A stretch of 64,000 nucleotides of DNA from Nitrososphaeraceae archaeon (GCA_035706205.1 DASSVK010000054.1:15839-79838), one strand, 5' to 3'. Positions 10,467 through 21,146 are shown, numbered from the stretch's first letter. Notes: generated by a model not told the origin, from the letters alone. Numbers and translations are program-made.

Positions 10467-12071
10467 TTATTTTAGTTGCTTTGTAACATAAGGACCATTT
10501 TGAATATATCCTAGTTTCTTATAATAAGCGCGTGTTCCAATTGCACTAATAACAGATAATTTATCTACTTGAAACTCTTCTTTGGAAATTTTTTCAGCTT
10601 CTTCTATTAAATGTAATCCAAGACCATTATGCTGAAATGATAGAGAATTATTTTTTTGTCCAACATCTACTACTTGTCCATAAACATGTAATTCTCTTAT
10701 AATAGCCGAATTCTTTTTATTATTATTATTTAATTCTTTTCTATGAGAAAATGGGATATTTCTTAATCTTAAAAAACCAAATAACAAACTTTTATCTTTA
10801 CTTTCCATAGACAAGAAAACTTCTTTTCCTCTAGATGCAAAGTAGTCAATTCTATTTAATATTATTTCTTGTTGGTTAAAGTTTTTGTGTTTTTGAAGTC
10901 CTGCCTCTCGACATCTTATGCATTTACATTTTGTTCCTAATTCTTTTAATTTTTTCATTGCTATTTGACGTATATTTCCTTTTTTTGAACCTGCTATAAT
11001 ATCTGAAGGTTCAATTTCTCTTTGGATTCGCATAATTCTAACCCATGGTGGTATTATCTTTTTTACTTCAACCAGAATATTTACCAATTCATCTTCTGTG
11101 TAAGCATTATATTTTCCATTCATATACATTTTATATATTCCAGTATTTTTAAGTACTAAAGTTGGGTAAATTTTAAGCATATCAGGTTTAAAGGAATCAT
11201 TTTCTAAAAGCAGTTTAAAACTATTAATATCACTTTCTGTTGTTGATCCAGGCAATCCAGGCATCATATGTGCTACAATTTTATATCCACAATCTCTTGC
11301 AATTTGAAAAGAATTTTTAACATCTGTTAAGTTGTGTCCTCTGTTTATTAATTTATAAATATTTTCTTCTAAAGTTTGGACACCTATCTCAATTCTAGTT
11401 ATTCCCAATTTTAACATTAAATCAACATGTTGTTCTTTACAATAATCAGGTTTTGTTTCTACTGTAAAGCCAACACATCGAATTTCAGCATATTCATTTT
11501 TAATAATAGATTCTTCCAAGGTCGAAGATATATCATTATTTAAAGCATCAAAACATTTTTTAACAAATTCTCTTTGATATATTTCAGGCATGAATGGAAA
11601 TGTCCCACCTACAATTACTAGCTCAATCTTACTAACATTATGACCTCTTTGATATAATTGACTAAGTTTTGATTTAACTTGATAATAAGCATCATATTCA
11701 AAGGACTGTGCTATTTTAGTTGCAGGCTCAGTACCAACATAGCTCATAGGAGTATTATATTCAATACCTCCAGGGCAATAGATACACTTGCCATGTGGAC
11801 AAGCATAAGGTTTTGGCATAACTGCAATTACTGCAACCCCAGATGCGGTTTTAATAGGTTTAACCATTAAAATATTTCTATAATTACTATTTTTTGGTAG
11901 ATAAGGTATAATATGTTCATTCTTTGGAATTATAGAGAGTTTATAATCAGAACATGTTAAACTAATAATTTTGTTTATTTCTTTGAGAGACATATTACTA
12001 TTTTTTCCTAATTGCAATGCAATAGACTTACATGCTTGAGAATAGTAAAGGGAATCCATAACAATTACCAA
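10467..12071 (-). CDS. elp3: Elp3 tRNA uridine(34) acetyltransferase (radical SAM + GNAT)
   Basis: CPHGKCIYCPGG, ETKPD, EIGVQT, HMMPGLPG, KIYPT, RIQREI, CRCRE, RELHVYG, QHNGLG..L, YYKKLGY. Confidence 0.95.
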   Translation of the reverse strand: MVIVMDSLYYSQACKSIALQLGKNSNMSLKEINKIISLTCSDYKLSIIPKNEHIIPYLPKNSNYRNILMVKPIKTASGVAVIAVMPKPYACPHGKCIYCPGGIEYNTPMSYVGTEPATKIAQSFEYDAYYQVKSKLSQLYQRGHNVSKIELVIVGGTFPFMPEIYQREFVKKCFDALNNDISSTLEESIIKNEYAEIRCVGFTVETKPDYCKEQHVDLMLKLGITRIEIGVQTLEENIYKLINRGHNLTDVKNSFQIARDCGYKIVAHMMPGLPGSTTESDINSFKLLLENDSFKPDMLKIYPTLVLKNTGIYKMYMNGKYNAYTEDELVNILVEVKKIIPPWVRIMRIQREIEPSDIIAGSKKGNIRQIAMKKLKELGTKCKCIRCREAGLQKHKNFNQQEIILNRIDYFASRGKEVFLSMESKDKSLLFGFLRLRNIPFSHRKELNNNNKKNSAIIRELHVYGQVVDVGQKNNSLSFQHNGLGLHLIEEAEKISKEEFQVDKLSVISAIGTRAYYKKLGYIQNGPYVTKQLK

Positions 12072-12239
12072 TAAGATGATAATGATATAAGAGAGTTAAA
12101 AATATTTATTATCCAAAATAATTGTATTTATATTATTTACAATATTTCTTCATCTATTCATATTTTTAAATGAAGGAAACTCCAATACATTCTTAAAATT
12201 CAATTAAGACTTATAAGAAAATAAACCTAATAGAAAATA

Positions 12240-13193
12240 ATGCGAGTTGTATTATTTTCTCATGAATCCGATGTTGATGGTATTTTTTCTACTGCCATAG
12301 GCTTAATTCGCTATCCTCAAGCAAGAACTTTTTTTTTAGACTATAGTAAAGAAAGCTTCATGAAAATAATTAATCAAATTTTTTTTTCAAATGAATTTCA
12401 GGAAAAGAATTTGTTTATAATATCCGATCTTGGATTTAATGATAGTCTATTAAATATTTTTAAAGGTACTTTAAATAATTTCAATAAAATAAAAAATGAA
12501 ATTATCTGGGTAGATCATCATCCATGGTCCAAAAATACAATAGATGAAATTCATTCTTTTGTGGAGTTGATTTTGGACGATTCAGGAAAAAAATGTGCAT
12601 CAGAGTTAATATATGAACGGTTTTTATTAGATAATGATTATGCGAGACATTTAGCCAATTTAGCACATACGACTGATTTTTTTATCAAAGATCAATATAT
12701 TACCCCGTTACCTGAGATTATAAGATATTATTTAACTTTTAACGATTCATATGAAAGATTAGCAAAACTTGCACATAAAATATCGAAGGGAACATTATGG
12801 GATATTCAATTGAGTGAAGACTACAAAAAATATGAATCCTTGCGAGACAATGATAAAAAGCAAGTATTAGAAGAGTTAAAGATAAAGAAAATAGATGATC
12901 TAAATGTTGTATTTGTTAGATCGACACCTTATATTCAAACGAGCTTATTTTCAGAAGAGATATTTAATCAGACAAATGCAGATCTTGCAATATTTTATGG
13001 CAAAAATGGTAAAATTAGTATTAGAAGAAATAATGATAAAATTGATTGTAATGCAATTGCTTTGGAATTAATTGATGGAGGAGGGCATAAATTTGCTGCA
13101 GGAGGTACAATACGTAGTGATCCAAGCAAAGTAGAAGACATAATTTCTGAAATTGAAGAAACGATTCTTAATATAAGAATATTAAATAATTAA
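12240..13193 (+). CDS. DHH/DHHA1 family phosphoesterase
   Basis: HESDVDG, SDLG, WVDHH, GGGHKFAAG motifs. Confidence 0.88.
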   Translation: MRVVLFSHESDVDGIFSTAIGLIRYPQARTFFLDYSKESFMKIINQIFFSNEFQEKNLFIISDLGFNDSLLNIFKGTLNNFNKIKNEIIWVDHHPWSKNTIDEIHSFVELILDDSGKKCASELIYERFLLDNDYARHLANLAHTTDFFIKDQYITPLPEIIRYYLTFNDSYERLAKLAHKISKGTLWDIQLSEDYKKYESLRDNDKKQVLEELKIKKIDDLNVVFVRSTPYIQTSLFSEEIFNQTNADLAIFYGKNGKISIRRNNDKIDCNAIALELIDGGGHKFAAGGTIRSDPSKVEDIISEIEETILNIRILNN

Positions 13194-13244
13194 ATTAAAT
13201 GTATCCACAACATTTAGAAATTAATATAAACTCGAAATAATACT

Positions 13245-13883
13245 ATGTTAATATTAGATTGTAAAAATGAAAGTCATCTTATCAAATGTAAGAAAATAAT
13301 TGAAAATGGAGGAATAATAGTCTATCCAACAGATACAATTTATGGTTTAGGTTGTGACCCTTATAATAAAAAAGCAGTAGAAAGAATTTTTAAAATAAAA
13401 AAACGCTTATTAGATAAACCTCTTCCTATTTTAACTTTTGATATTAGATATGCTGAAAAAATAATATCATTAGGCCTTATTGGAAGAAAATTAGCTGATT
13501 ATTTTTGGCCTGGGCCTTTAACAATAATTGGAATTTTAATTGATAACAAAATACCAAAAATTTTGACAGCAGGAAAGAAAACTGTAGGTATGAGAATTCC
13601 AAATAATATATATACTTTAAATTTATTAAAATACTGTAATTTTTTAGCTGGTACAAGTGCTAATATTTCAAATGAAAATTCTTGTATTACTGCTAAAGAA
13701 GTAATAAATTCTAAACTGTATGGATATGATGCAATACTAATTGGAGATGATAAAAAACTCAAGAATCCATTTGCTTTTAAAGGTTCCACAATCATAGATA
13801 TTTCCACCCATGATCCTCAAATAATTAGGCAGGGAATAATAAAATCGGAAACTATTTACAAAATTTTATACCAATTCAAATAA
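13245..13883 (+). CDS. sua5: L-threonylcarbamoyladenylate synthase, YrdC domain only (TsaC-type)
   Basis: YPTDTIYGLGC, KKR..DKPL, WPGPLT, GMRIP, TSANIS, STIID, RQG; no C-terminal SUA5 domain. Confidence 0.93.
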   Translation: MLILDCKNESHLIKCKKIIENGGIIVYPTDTIYGLGCDPYNKKAVERIFKIKKRLLDKPLPILTFDIRYAEKIISLGLIGRKLADYFWPGPLTIIGILIDNKIPKILTAGKKTVGMRIPNNIYTLNLLKYCNFLAGTSANISNENSCITAKEVINSKLYGYDAILIGDDKKLKNPFAFKGSTIIDISTHDPQIIRQGIIKSETIYKILYQFK

Positions 13884-14425
13884 TGAATTTTAATTTATTA
13901 GTTACTACATATAGACATAGAGAATATGATGCAGTTGATGAATTAAACGTAATATTACAAAGATTTGGCGATGAATCATCAATATTAAAAATCCAAGAGA
14001 TTTCAGGTATAATACTTGCATTCACAAATTTAAATCCATTTGAATTAACTAGAAAATTTAAGGAATTACTAGTAGAAGAACCATGGCAATTTAGATACAT
14101 TTTAAGAACAATACCTATAGAAAGATCTTTTTACACTGATCTTAAAAAAATTGAAATAGAAGCAGAAAATCTTGCAATAAAAAAAATAAACATAAATGAT
14201 TCATTCAGAATCACAATTGAAAAAAGATATACATCATTAAGAAGCAATGAAATAATTTCATCTATTGCAAATAAACTTAGTAAATATAGAGTTTCATTAG
14301 AAAATCCTAATTGGATTATACTTATTGAAATTATTGGTAATAAAACTGGAATCTCAGTATTGAAAGAAAAAGATATTTTTAGTTCAATAATGGAAAAAAG
14401 AAAGTCTAGGTATCAAATAGAATAA
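13883..14425 (+). CDS. Stand-alone THUMP-domain RNA-binding protein
   Basis: SFRITIEKR, VSLENPNWIILIEIIG THUMP signature; TAATG overlap with sua5. Confidence 0.85.
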   Translation: MNFNLLVTTYRHREYDAVDELNVILQRFGDESSILKIQEISGIILAFTNLNPFELTRKFKELLVEEPWQFRYILRTIPIERSFYTDLKKIEIEAENLAIKKININDSFRITIEKRYTSLRSNEIISSIANKLSKYRVSLENPNWIILIEIIGNKTGISVLKEKDIFSSIMEKRKSRYQIE

Positions 14426-14574
14426 TCCTCCATTATTAGAATAAATTATTCTAAACCTATAAAATAAATAAAATAATAGTGATATGTATAAGGTTTTTTT
14501 CCAAAATTAGCTCATGCTCTTATCAACATCATCAAATAAATATTTATTAAATAAAATCTATTTTCTTTTAATTT

Positions 14575-15513
14575 ATGCCTAGTAAAAATCATTTTTTTGG
14601 GAAAGACATAGTTTCTATAAAAGATTTTTCTAGAGAAGATTTAGAATTTATTTTTAATTCGACCGACAAAATCCAGCAATTAAAACCTGAAGAGAAAAGT
14701 GAACTAGGAAAAGGAAGAACATTAGGTTATGTATTTTATGAACCTAGCACTAGAACTAGAATGAGTTTTGAAGCTGCAATGGCTTCCTTGGGAGGTAGTT
14801 CTATAGGAATTTTTGATTCAAAATTTTCTTCTATCGAAAAGGGTGAATCCCTTGCTGATACTATAAGAATAATAGATTTGTATTCAGACATTATTGTACT
14901 TAGGCATTCTAGAGATGGCTCAAGTAGATATGCCGCAGAACTTTCTTCTAATCCTATTATTAATGCGGGAAGCGGAAGTGAAGAACACCCAACACAAGCA
15001 ATGCTGGATTTATATACTATTTTCAAAGAAAAGGGTAGAATTGATGATCTGAATATAGGGATAGTTGGTGACTTAAAATATGGTAGAACAATATATTCTC
15101 TTTTATATGGATTAAAAAATTATAATGTAAATGTATATTTAGTTTCTCCACCTAGTTTGGCAATTAGAAAAGAGTCAATTTTTGAATATGAATCAATCAT
15201 GAATATTATTCATTATAACTATCTTGACGATGTTATTCCTCACCTAGATGTATTATATGTAACTAGAATACAAAAGGAAAGATTTCCCGATATTCAAGAG
15301 TATGAAAAAGTAAAAGGCACTTATAGAATTGATGAGAAAGTACTTGATATTGCTAAAACGGATTTATCAATAATGCATCCTTTACCAAGACTAGATGAAA
15401 TATCACATAAGATTGATAATACAAAAAATGCAATTTATTTTAAACAGGCATCATACGGAAAAGAATTACGTTCTGCTTTATTGGCTTTAATATTAAATGA
15501 GGATCCCTTTTAA
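14575..15513 (+). CDS. pyrB: Aspartate carbamoyltransferase catalytic subunit
   Basis: FYEPSTRTRMSF, KGESLADT, INAG, HPTQ..LD, GDLKYGRT, TRIQKER, MHPLPR. Confidence 0.97.
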   Translation: MPSKNHFFGKDIVSIKDFSREDLEFIFNSTDKIQQLKPEEKSELGKGRTLGYVFYEPSTRTRMSFEAAMASLGGSSIGIFDSKFSSIEKGESLADTIRIIDLYSDIIVLRHSRDGSSRYAAELSSNPIINAGSGSEEHPTQAMLDLYTIFKEKGRIDDLNIGIVGDLKYGRTIYSLLYGLKNYNVNVYLVSPPSLAIRKESIFEYESIMNIIHYNYLDDVIPHLDVLYVTRIQKERFPDIQEYEKVKGTYRIDEKVLDIAKTDLSIMHPLPRLDEISHKIDNTKNAIYFKQASYGKELRSALLALILNEDPF

Positions 15514-15644
15514 TTTCTTATTTTGCTACCAATTTTTGTTAGTATTTTAAATTAAATAGTTAGAATACTCTACTACAATTAAACTAAGACTGCTTCTAGT
15601 ATAATAAATTTTTTCCATTAGTAAAAAAGATCAAAAAATATCAA

Positions 15645-18374
15645 TCAGCCTGATACACAACTACTGAAACCACATTCAATACACATATTACAACCTTCTG
15701 TAATGATAAGTTTGGAGTTACAAGTTGGACAAATCTCATCTTCATTTATTTCTTGTATAGTCTTGTGTATGAATTTTATCTTTTCGCTATTTTTTAGCGG
15801 TTCTTTTGTAGATATAGATATGTGATCTAAATCATCATTTACTATATTTTTTTTCTCTTCTAAGAGCTTAGAAACATATTGAATAACATATGGTTCTTTT
15901 ACATAAGATTTAATATATTCTTGGACATATTTACTTGGTTTTACAATAAAAGACTTTTCTAATGTATTAGTTCCTGTAATATGTAAAACTTGTTCATTTC
16001 TCGAACCATCTCTATATACAGTGACGCCTTTTAATCCTAATTCATGAGCTAGTAAATATGAAGATTTAACATCTTCAACGGTAACATCACCCGGCATATT
16101 AATAGTCTTTGCTATAGCATTACTTATCCATCTTTGCCATACAGATTGAGCCATTATATGATCCATCCAGTGAATATCAATAGCTGTTGTAAACATATTT
16201 TGCATCCATTCTGGTATATCATTTAATCCTCTAATTGATCCATAATTATTAGCTATTTTTGTTAAAATATCATCATTATATAACCCATTTTCCTTTAATA
16301 TATTTTCAAAAATTTTGTTAGTATAGAAAAATCTCCCTACTGTTACACGTTTTTCAAAAACTAATGCAAAGACTGGCTCTACACCATTTGAACAATCTGC
16401 TATCATTGATAGAGTTCCAGTAGGGGCAATAGTAGTAGTCCAAGAATTACGAATCCCAAACTTTTGAATTTTTTCAATTAATGAATCCCAATCGTAAGAA
16501 TGATATTCTTTAGGCATTTCATAATATCCTGCTACTGGAATTTTCCCTGCTACATAGTCAGACTTTTTGAATAATGGAAATGGGCCTCTAGACTTGGCAA
16601 TTGCTACACTTTCTTCCATACTATAATAAGTTAATGTTTCGGCAAGTTTATTCATAAATTCATAACCTTCTTTAGAAGCATATGGAATTCTCAACAGAAA
16701 TAAAAGATCAGCAATTCCCATAATTCCTAAACCTATTCTTCTTGTAAGCTTTGTATTATAGTCTATATCATCAACAGGATATTTATTAGCATCTATAATA
16801 TTATCTAAAAATCTTGATGAGATTCTTATAGTTTGTTCATACCTTGACCAATCAAATTCAAACATTCCATCTGCTTTTCTTTTTACAAAATTAGATAAAT
16901 TAATAGATCCAAGATTACAAGATTCATATGGATATAATGATTGTTCTCCACAAGGATTTGTAGCTTTAAGTGGTCCTTCTTTTGCTTTAATGCATGGATT
17001 GTATTTATTTATATTATCAAAGAAAATAACTCCTGGTTCTGCACTTTTCCATGCACTTAATGAGACAAGATCTATTAGTTGATGCGAATCTATCTGTTTA
17101 ATAGGGTCTTGTGTTCTAGGATTTTTAAGAGTATATTTATTACTATTTTTATTAATAAGTGACTTCCAAAAATCATCCCATAGGCCAATGCTCACATTAA
17201 AGTTTTCAAAAACCCCCGGTTTTGTCTTTGCAGTAATAAATTTTTCAATATCAGGGTGCCAAACCTCTAAAATTCCCATATTTGCTCCGCGTCTTTTGCC
17301 TCCTTGTTTTACAACATCGGTAATTGTATCTATAATTCGCATAAAAGACGCTGGACCAGATGCAACTCCAGATGTAGATGCAACAATATCACCTTCAGGT
17401 CTTAAGTCAGAATAATTAATTCCAACACCACCTCCTGATTTAAAGATCATAGCTGCATCTGAGGAAGTCTTCATTATTCGTTCCATATCGTCAGGCATAT
17501 CCAATACAAAACATGCCGAAAGTTGCCCTAATCTAGCTCCTGCGTTCATTAAAGTAGGAGTATTAGGGAGGAAATCTTTTGATACCATTAATGCATAATA
17601 TTCTTTTATTCGATCTTCATATTCTTTGAACTTTCCTTGAAAAATTAATTTTAAAAGTTCTTTAAATGAAATCTTCATTTGTCCTTTAGAAGCTAACTGA
17701 ACATATAACCGAATTAGTGATTCAAAATGATATCTATTTAAATAATAAGAGCCAATCTTTAATTTAAGATCAAAGTGGCTAATTTTATTATAATATGATG
17801 TAGCTTCTGATATATTCTGATTATACCCGCCCCCTAAATGGAATATAGTTTGATCATGTAAGACATCAGACAAAGCAACAAGAATAGCAACCCGTTCAAA
17901 CATCTGTTTAGGAGATTCCACAATTTCATTAGTATCATTTCGAAGTAGGTAACGTGAAGATAAAACACGTAAAGAATTTATATCAAAAGCTTTATCTACC
18001 TCATCAAGATTCTTTTTATTGAGGATTTTCATTTTATCTTCCCTGATCTTCCTTCTTTCGTGTCTATAAAGAATGTAAGCTTTTGCAGTATCTGATAATC
18101 CATCCTCAATAAGAATTGATTCAACTATATCCTGAACATCTTCTACACTTGGAATGACAGATTTATCAAAGGAAGTATTATTGAGAGTCATTTTTTTTAA
18201 GACTTTTTGAACTAGCTTTTTTGCTAATTGATAATTAGGTTTGCCAGTTGCTATCAAAGCTTTATAAATTGCCTGTTCTATCTTTGATTCATCAAAATTT
18301 ACTAATCTGCCATCTCGTTTTTTTATTTGAAATACAGATTTATTGTTAGTTTTATCTATTTCTGAGATTCCCAT
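15645..18374 (-). CDS. nrdJ: Class II (adenosylcobalamin-dependent) ribonucleotide reductase with N-terminal ATP-cone and C-terminal Zn ribbon
   Basis: IKKRDGRLVNFD ATP-cone, PNTPTL.NAG, SACFV, GGGVG, RRGANMG, TNPCGEQ (radical Cys), CNLGS, IAPTGT, KTINMP, VYRDGSR, CPTC...CIECG. No intein seen. Confidence 0.95.
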   Translation of the reverse strand: MGISEIDKTNNKSVFQIKKRDGRLVNFDESKIEQAIYKALIATGKPNYQLAKKLVQKVLKKMTLNNTSFDKSVIPSVEDVQDIVESILIEDGLSDTAKAYILYRHERRKIREDKMKILNKKNLDEVDKAFDINSLRVLSSRYLLRNDTNEIVESPKQMFERVAILVALSDVLHDQTIFHLGGGYNQNISEATSYYNKISHFDLKLKIGSYYLNRYHFESLIRLYVQLASKGQMKISFKELLKLIFQGKFKEYEDRIKEYYALMVSKDFLPNTPTLMNAGARLGQLSACFVLDMPDDMERIMKTSSDAAMIFKSGGGVGINYSDLRPEGDIVASTSGVASGPASFMRIIDTITDVVKQGGKRRGANMGILEVWHPDIEKFITAKTKPGVFENFNVSIGLWDDFWKSLINKNSNKYTLKNPRTQDPIKQIDSHQLIDLVSLSAWKSAEPGVIFFDNINKYNPCIKAKEGPLKATNPCGEQSLYPYESCNLGSINLSNFVKRKADGMFEFDWSRYEQTIRISSRFLDNIIDANKYPVDDIDYNTKLTRRIGLGIMGIADLLFLLRIPYASKEGYEFMNKLAETLTYYSMEESVAIAKSRGPFPLFKKSDYVAGKIPVAGYYEMPKEYHSYDWDSLIEKIQKFGIRNSWTTTIAPTGTLSMIADCSNGVEPVFALVFEKRVTVGRFFYTNKIFENILKENGLYNDDILTKIANNYGSIRGLNDIPEWMQNMFTTAIDIHWMDHIMAQSVWQRWISNAIAKTINMPGDVTVEDVKSSYLLAHELGLKGVTVYRDGSRNEQVLHITGTNTLEKSFIVKPSKYVQEYIKSYVKEPYVIQYVSKLLEEKKNIVNDDLDHISISTKEPLKNSEKIKFIHKTIQEINEDEICPTCNSKLIITEGCNMCIECGFSSCVSG

Positions 18375-18990
18375 ATATCTTCATCCTATTACAAATAATA
18401 TTCTAAGTAATTTAAGACTTGGATATTAATATTATGTAAAACAATAAGCTAATAATTTATACAATATAATTATTTTAGAATTGAAACAGAAAAAATGATA
18501 CAGAAAAAGGTCAGAAAAATTTATTGCATAACAATATACTAGATTTTTTGTTCTTATTATTATACTAAAAGTTATTTAAATTCTTTTTTAATTTATTTGC
18601 TAGTTTTATTAATATAATTATAAAATTGTACATTATATAATGTTTTAATAAATAAGCAATAAGGAGTAATACTTTTACAGGTAAAGGTAGCCACCTTAAG
18701 GAAATAAGTATTTATTTGTATATGTAAAAATATCAGATTTGCAAGTTAATAAAATATCGGATCGGCTCAAATAAAAATTATGATTAATTGACTATAAATA
18801 AAGATTAAGCTTTAATATACAACTTTAGCATTTGATATGTTTATAATTATATTTAGAAGTTTAATTAAATTTATCTATTTTTAAGTAATAAAGGTAACTA
18901 ATTAAATAATGTCTACACTAAAACGGGAATGTACTTCGTCTATTACTTATTAGCTTTAGTTACCTAGTTCTAAGAAAAATAAGAGAAAAA

Positions 18991-21126
18991 TTAGTTATAG
19001 ATTGAAGAAATTTTACTAGAGTCACATTTTTGACAAATTTTTAAATTAGGAATATCAAAACGTTCTCCACAAATATTACAAAATGAGAAATTAAGAGTTA
19101 TATGAAAGAATGGAAGATTAGCAGAAGATTTTATAACCTTTTTTATATCTTCAATATTAGTAATATCAGTGATATCGACATCAATGGAAACTCCCTTTAA
19201 AAGGTTCTCAATGGACGAATAATATTGTATTATAGAATCTATATCCAAAGAATTTGAGAGAATATTACTACCACTAATCTTCAATCCTTGAGAATAGGAT
19301 GTTATATTTTCGTCATTGTTTATTGTTATTGATTTACCATATTTCTCATTATCTAAGTCTTTAAATCTATAGGCACTTTCGTCTTTTAGCATTGTTATTC
19401 CAATTTCTGCATTTTCTTTATTTTCTTTTCTTTGCTCATTGATTATATCAACGGCAGTATGAATTATTTTTTTAATTACATCATTGCCATTATTTTCATG
19501 CCTGTATCCCAAAATATCATTAACTGATTCTTGAATACCGACTAAGTTAATCATAGCTTCAAGTTTTCCCATTTGTAAACTAGATGTTGTCTGGCTTACT
19601 ATAGGAGTTGTTCCTTTTTGAATTAAATCAGAAATTGAGAGAAATCGCTGAGAGATTATCGAAAGAATAGGTTTTAATAATAAAACAAGTCTTGCTCTAA
19701 AATAAGTTTCATCTTTATTTGATTGATATGCTATTCGTGGAAGATTGATTGATAAAGATTGTAATGTCACAACTGTACTTTTACTGGAGATTTCTTCAGA
19801 TTTACATAAACCATGTCGTCCACGAATCTTATCTTTTGAAAATGATATTATTCCTCCCGCTTTGGTAAGTTGTATAAGTTTATCTATAAAAGGATCAAGA
19901 CGAAAAAGATCATCATAAACAATAGAAATGGCAATAGTCGGAAGAGGTGTACTTGTTATATATTTTTGATATCCTTCAAATAATGAATTCAGAATGAACT
20001 CATTGTAATTAGGTAAATTAATTGATAATGTGATATTTGGAGAAAAGCATCCATATGATGAGATGGTAGAGGTTAAAAAGAAAAGGTTTGCTATGCTATC
20101 TTTGATAATTGTACTTCCTTCGATTTTTTTCTGGATAAAATCTAAAAATCCTTCAATAACAATTTCTCTAGATGCTTCTCGACTTAGTAGAGAAAAAACA
20201 ATTGCAACAACGGACTCTGGTGTTTGGAAATTATTTGAATGAAAAATTCTTGATACTGTTAGATACCGCCCCTTAATATCTTTAAAGATCTCTAAAATAG
20301 AATCCATATTGATAAATATGACATCTGGAACAATATTCCAAAATCCACTTTTCCCTATATTAATCTCGCCTGTTAAATGCATATCAACAATATCCTTTGG
20401 TAAAGAATTGTGCAAAAGGTATTCAGTGAATATAGATTGAGATGTTTTCACAACAAGATCGGGAATTTCCATATTGCTCGTACTAGTCTCATGAATAAGA
20501 GATATCATATCAGATGGAGGAAGTCCCAATCTAGCGAGTTTCGTTCTATATTCATCATATCCATGATCAATTAATATTGAATTAGTAGTTTCCCTTATTA
20601 GTGAAGAAGTAAGATAGGATGTTTGTAATTTGTAAATTTTATTTTCAACTTCTTCCGTAATTTTATGAGCGAGTTCTAAAGGCATATTAGCCTCTCTTAC
20701 TAACGATTGAATTATTTTATTAGAATCAAATTCTTCAATTGACGGTTTTGTAGTTCTAACGTATAATTTGCCACTTTCAATAATAGATCTTTCTTCTATT
20801 TGCCGAGCCAGGCTTAATACTAATTTCCCTAAATTAGTAATTGTATATCTTCTTTCTGCTTTATTAAGAGAAACCAAGGATTGACGAAGTAATTTTCTTA
20901 AATGATATGCAAATTTTCCTGATTCTTTTTTAGACTTAAATCCAGCAAGTGATTTTAATTCAGAATAAGTCAAAGGACCTTTAGAATAGAGAATTCTAAG
21001 AATATCTATACGATTTGGACTAGCCATAACAGAAAAAATCATCCTGACCCTTCGGGAAGCGGATTCCAATATACTTCCGCGTTTAGATCCAGGTTTACTA
21101 ATTATTTGTGATTGTACTCGCTCCAT
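18991..21126 (-). CDS. wHTH (ArsR-like) + ATP-cone + degenerate class III RNR (NrdD-like) domain protein; probable regulator/pseudoenzyme
   Basis: N-terminal SPNRIDILRIL...GPLTYSELK...GKFAYHLRKL..LV..RRYTITNLG wHTH; VRT...EEFDSNKIIQSLVREA ATP-cone; NrdD-like LPKDIVDMHLTGEI and SINLPRIA; C-terminal CNICG..CQKCDS; ends without an RxxGY glycyl-radical loop. Confidence 0.8.
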   Translation of the reverse strand: MERVQSQIISKPGSKRGSILESASRRVRMIFSVMASPNRIDILRILYSKGPLTYSELKSLAGFKSKKESGKFAYHLRKLLRQSLVSLNKAERRYTITNLGKLVLSLARQIEERSIIESGKLYVRTTKPSIEEFDSNKIIQSLVREANMPLELAHKITEEVENKIYKLQTSYLTSSLIRETTNSILIDHGYDEYRTKLARLGLPPSDMISLIHETSTSNMEIPDLVVKTSQSIFTEYLLHNSLPKDIVDMHLTGEINIGKSGFWNIVPDVIFINMDSILEIFKDIKGRYLTVSRIFHSNNFQTPESVVAIVFSLLSREASREIVIEGFLDFIQKKIEGSTIIKDSIANLFFLTSTISSYGCFSPNITLSINLPNYNEFILNSLFEGYQKYITSTPLPTIAISIVYDDLFRLDPFIDKLIQLTKAGGIISFSKDKIRGRHGLCKSEEISSKSTVVTLQSLSINLPRIAYQSNKDETYFRARLVLLLKPILSIISQRFLSISDLIQKGTTPIVSQTTSSLQMGKLEAMINLVGIQESVNDILGYRHENNGNDVIKKIIHTAVDIINEQRKENKENAEIGITMLKDESAYRFKDLDNEKYGKSITINNDENITSYSQGLKISGSNILSNSLDIDSIIQYYSSIENLLKGVSIDVDITDITNIEDIKKVIKSSANLPFFHITLNFSFCNICGERFDIPNLKICQKCDSSKISSIYN

Positions 21127-21132
21127 TGCACC

Positions 21133-21146
21133 GGTTATGAATAACC
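21133..21146. promoter_or_regulatory. Candidate palindromic operator GGTTAT-GA-ATAACC between a TATA-like box and the start codon of the wHTH-NrdD-like gene
   Basis: Perfect 6-bp arms at 21133-21138 and 21141-21146; TATA-like TTTAATTA on the - strand at 21149-21156; ATG at 21126. Confidence 0.4.

Noticed and set aside
18487-18519. Three CAGAAAAA direct repeats upstream of nrdJ
   Set aside because: Low complexity and irregular spacing (14 and 11 bp); could simply be oligo-T terminator-like tracts on the minus strand.
18630-18643. Perfect 14-bp palindrome ACATTATATAATGT upstream of nrdJ, loosely NrdR-box-like
   Set aside because: Almost entirely A/T in a very AT-rich 600-bp spacer, so plausible by chance, and about 255 bp from the start codon. 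Worth retesting only if the wHTH-NrdD-like protein binds this spacer.
18991-21126. Annotation as an active anaerobic ribonucleoside-triphosphate reductase (nrdD)
   Set aside because: Glycyl-radical loop absent, no nrdG nearby, and an N-terminal HTH is present.
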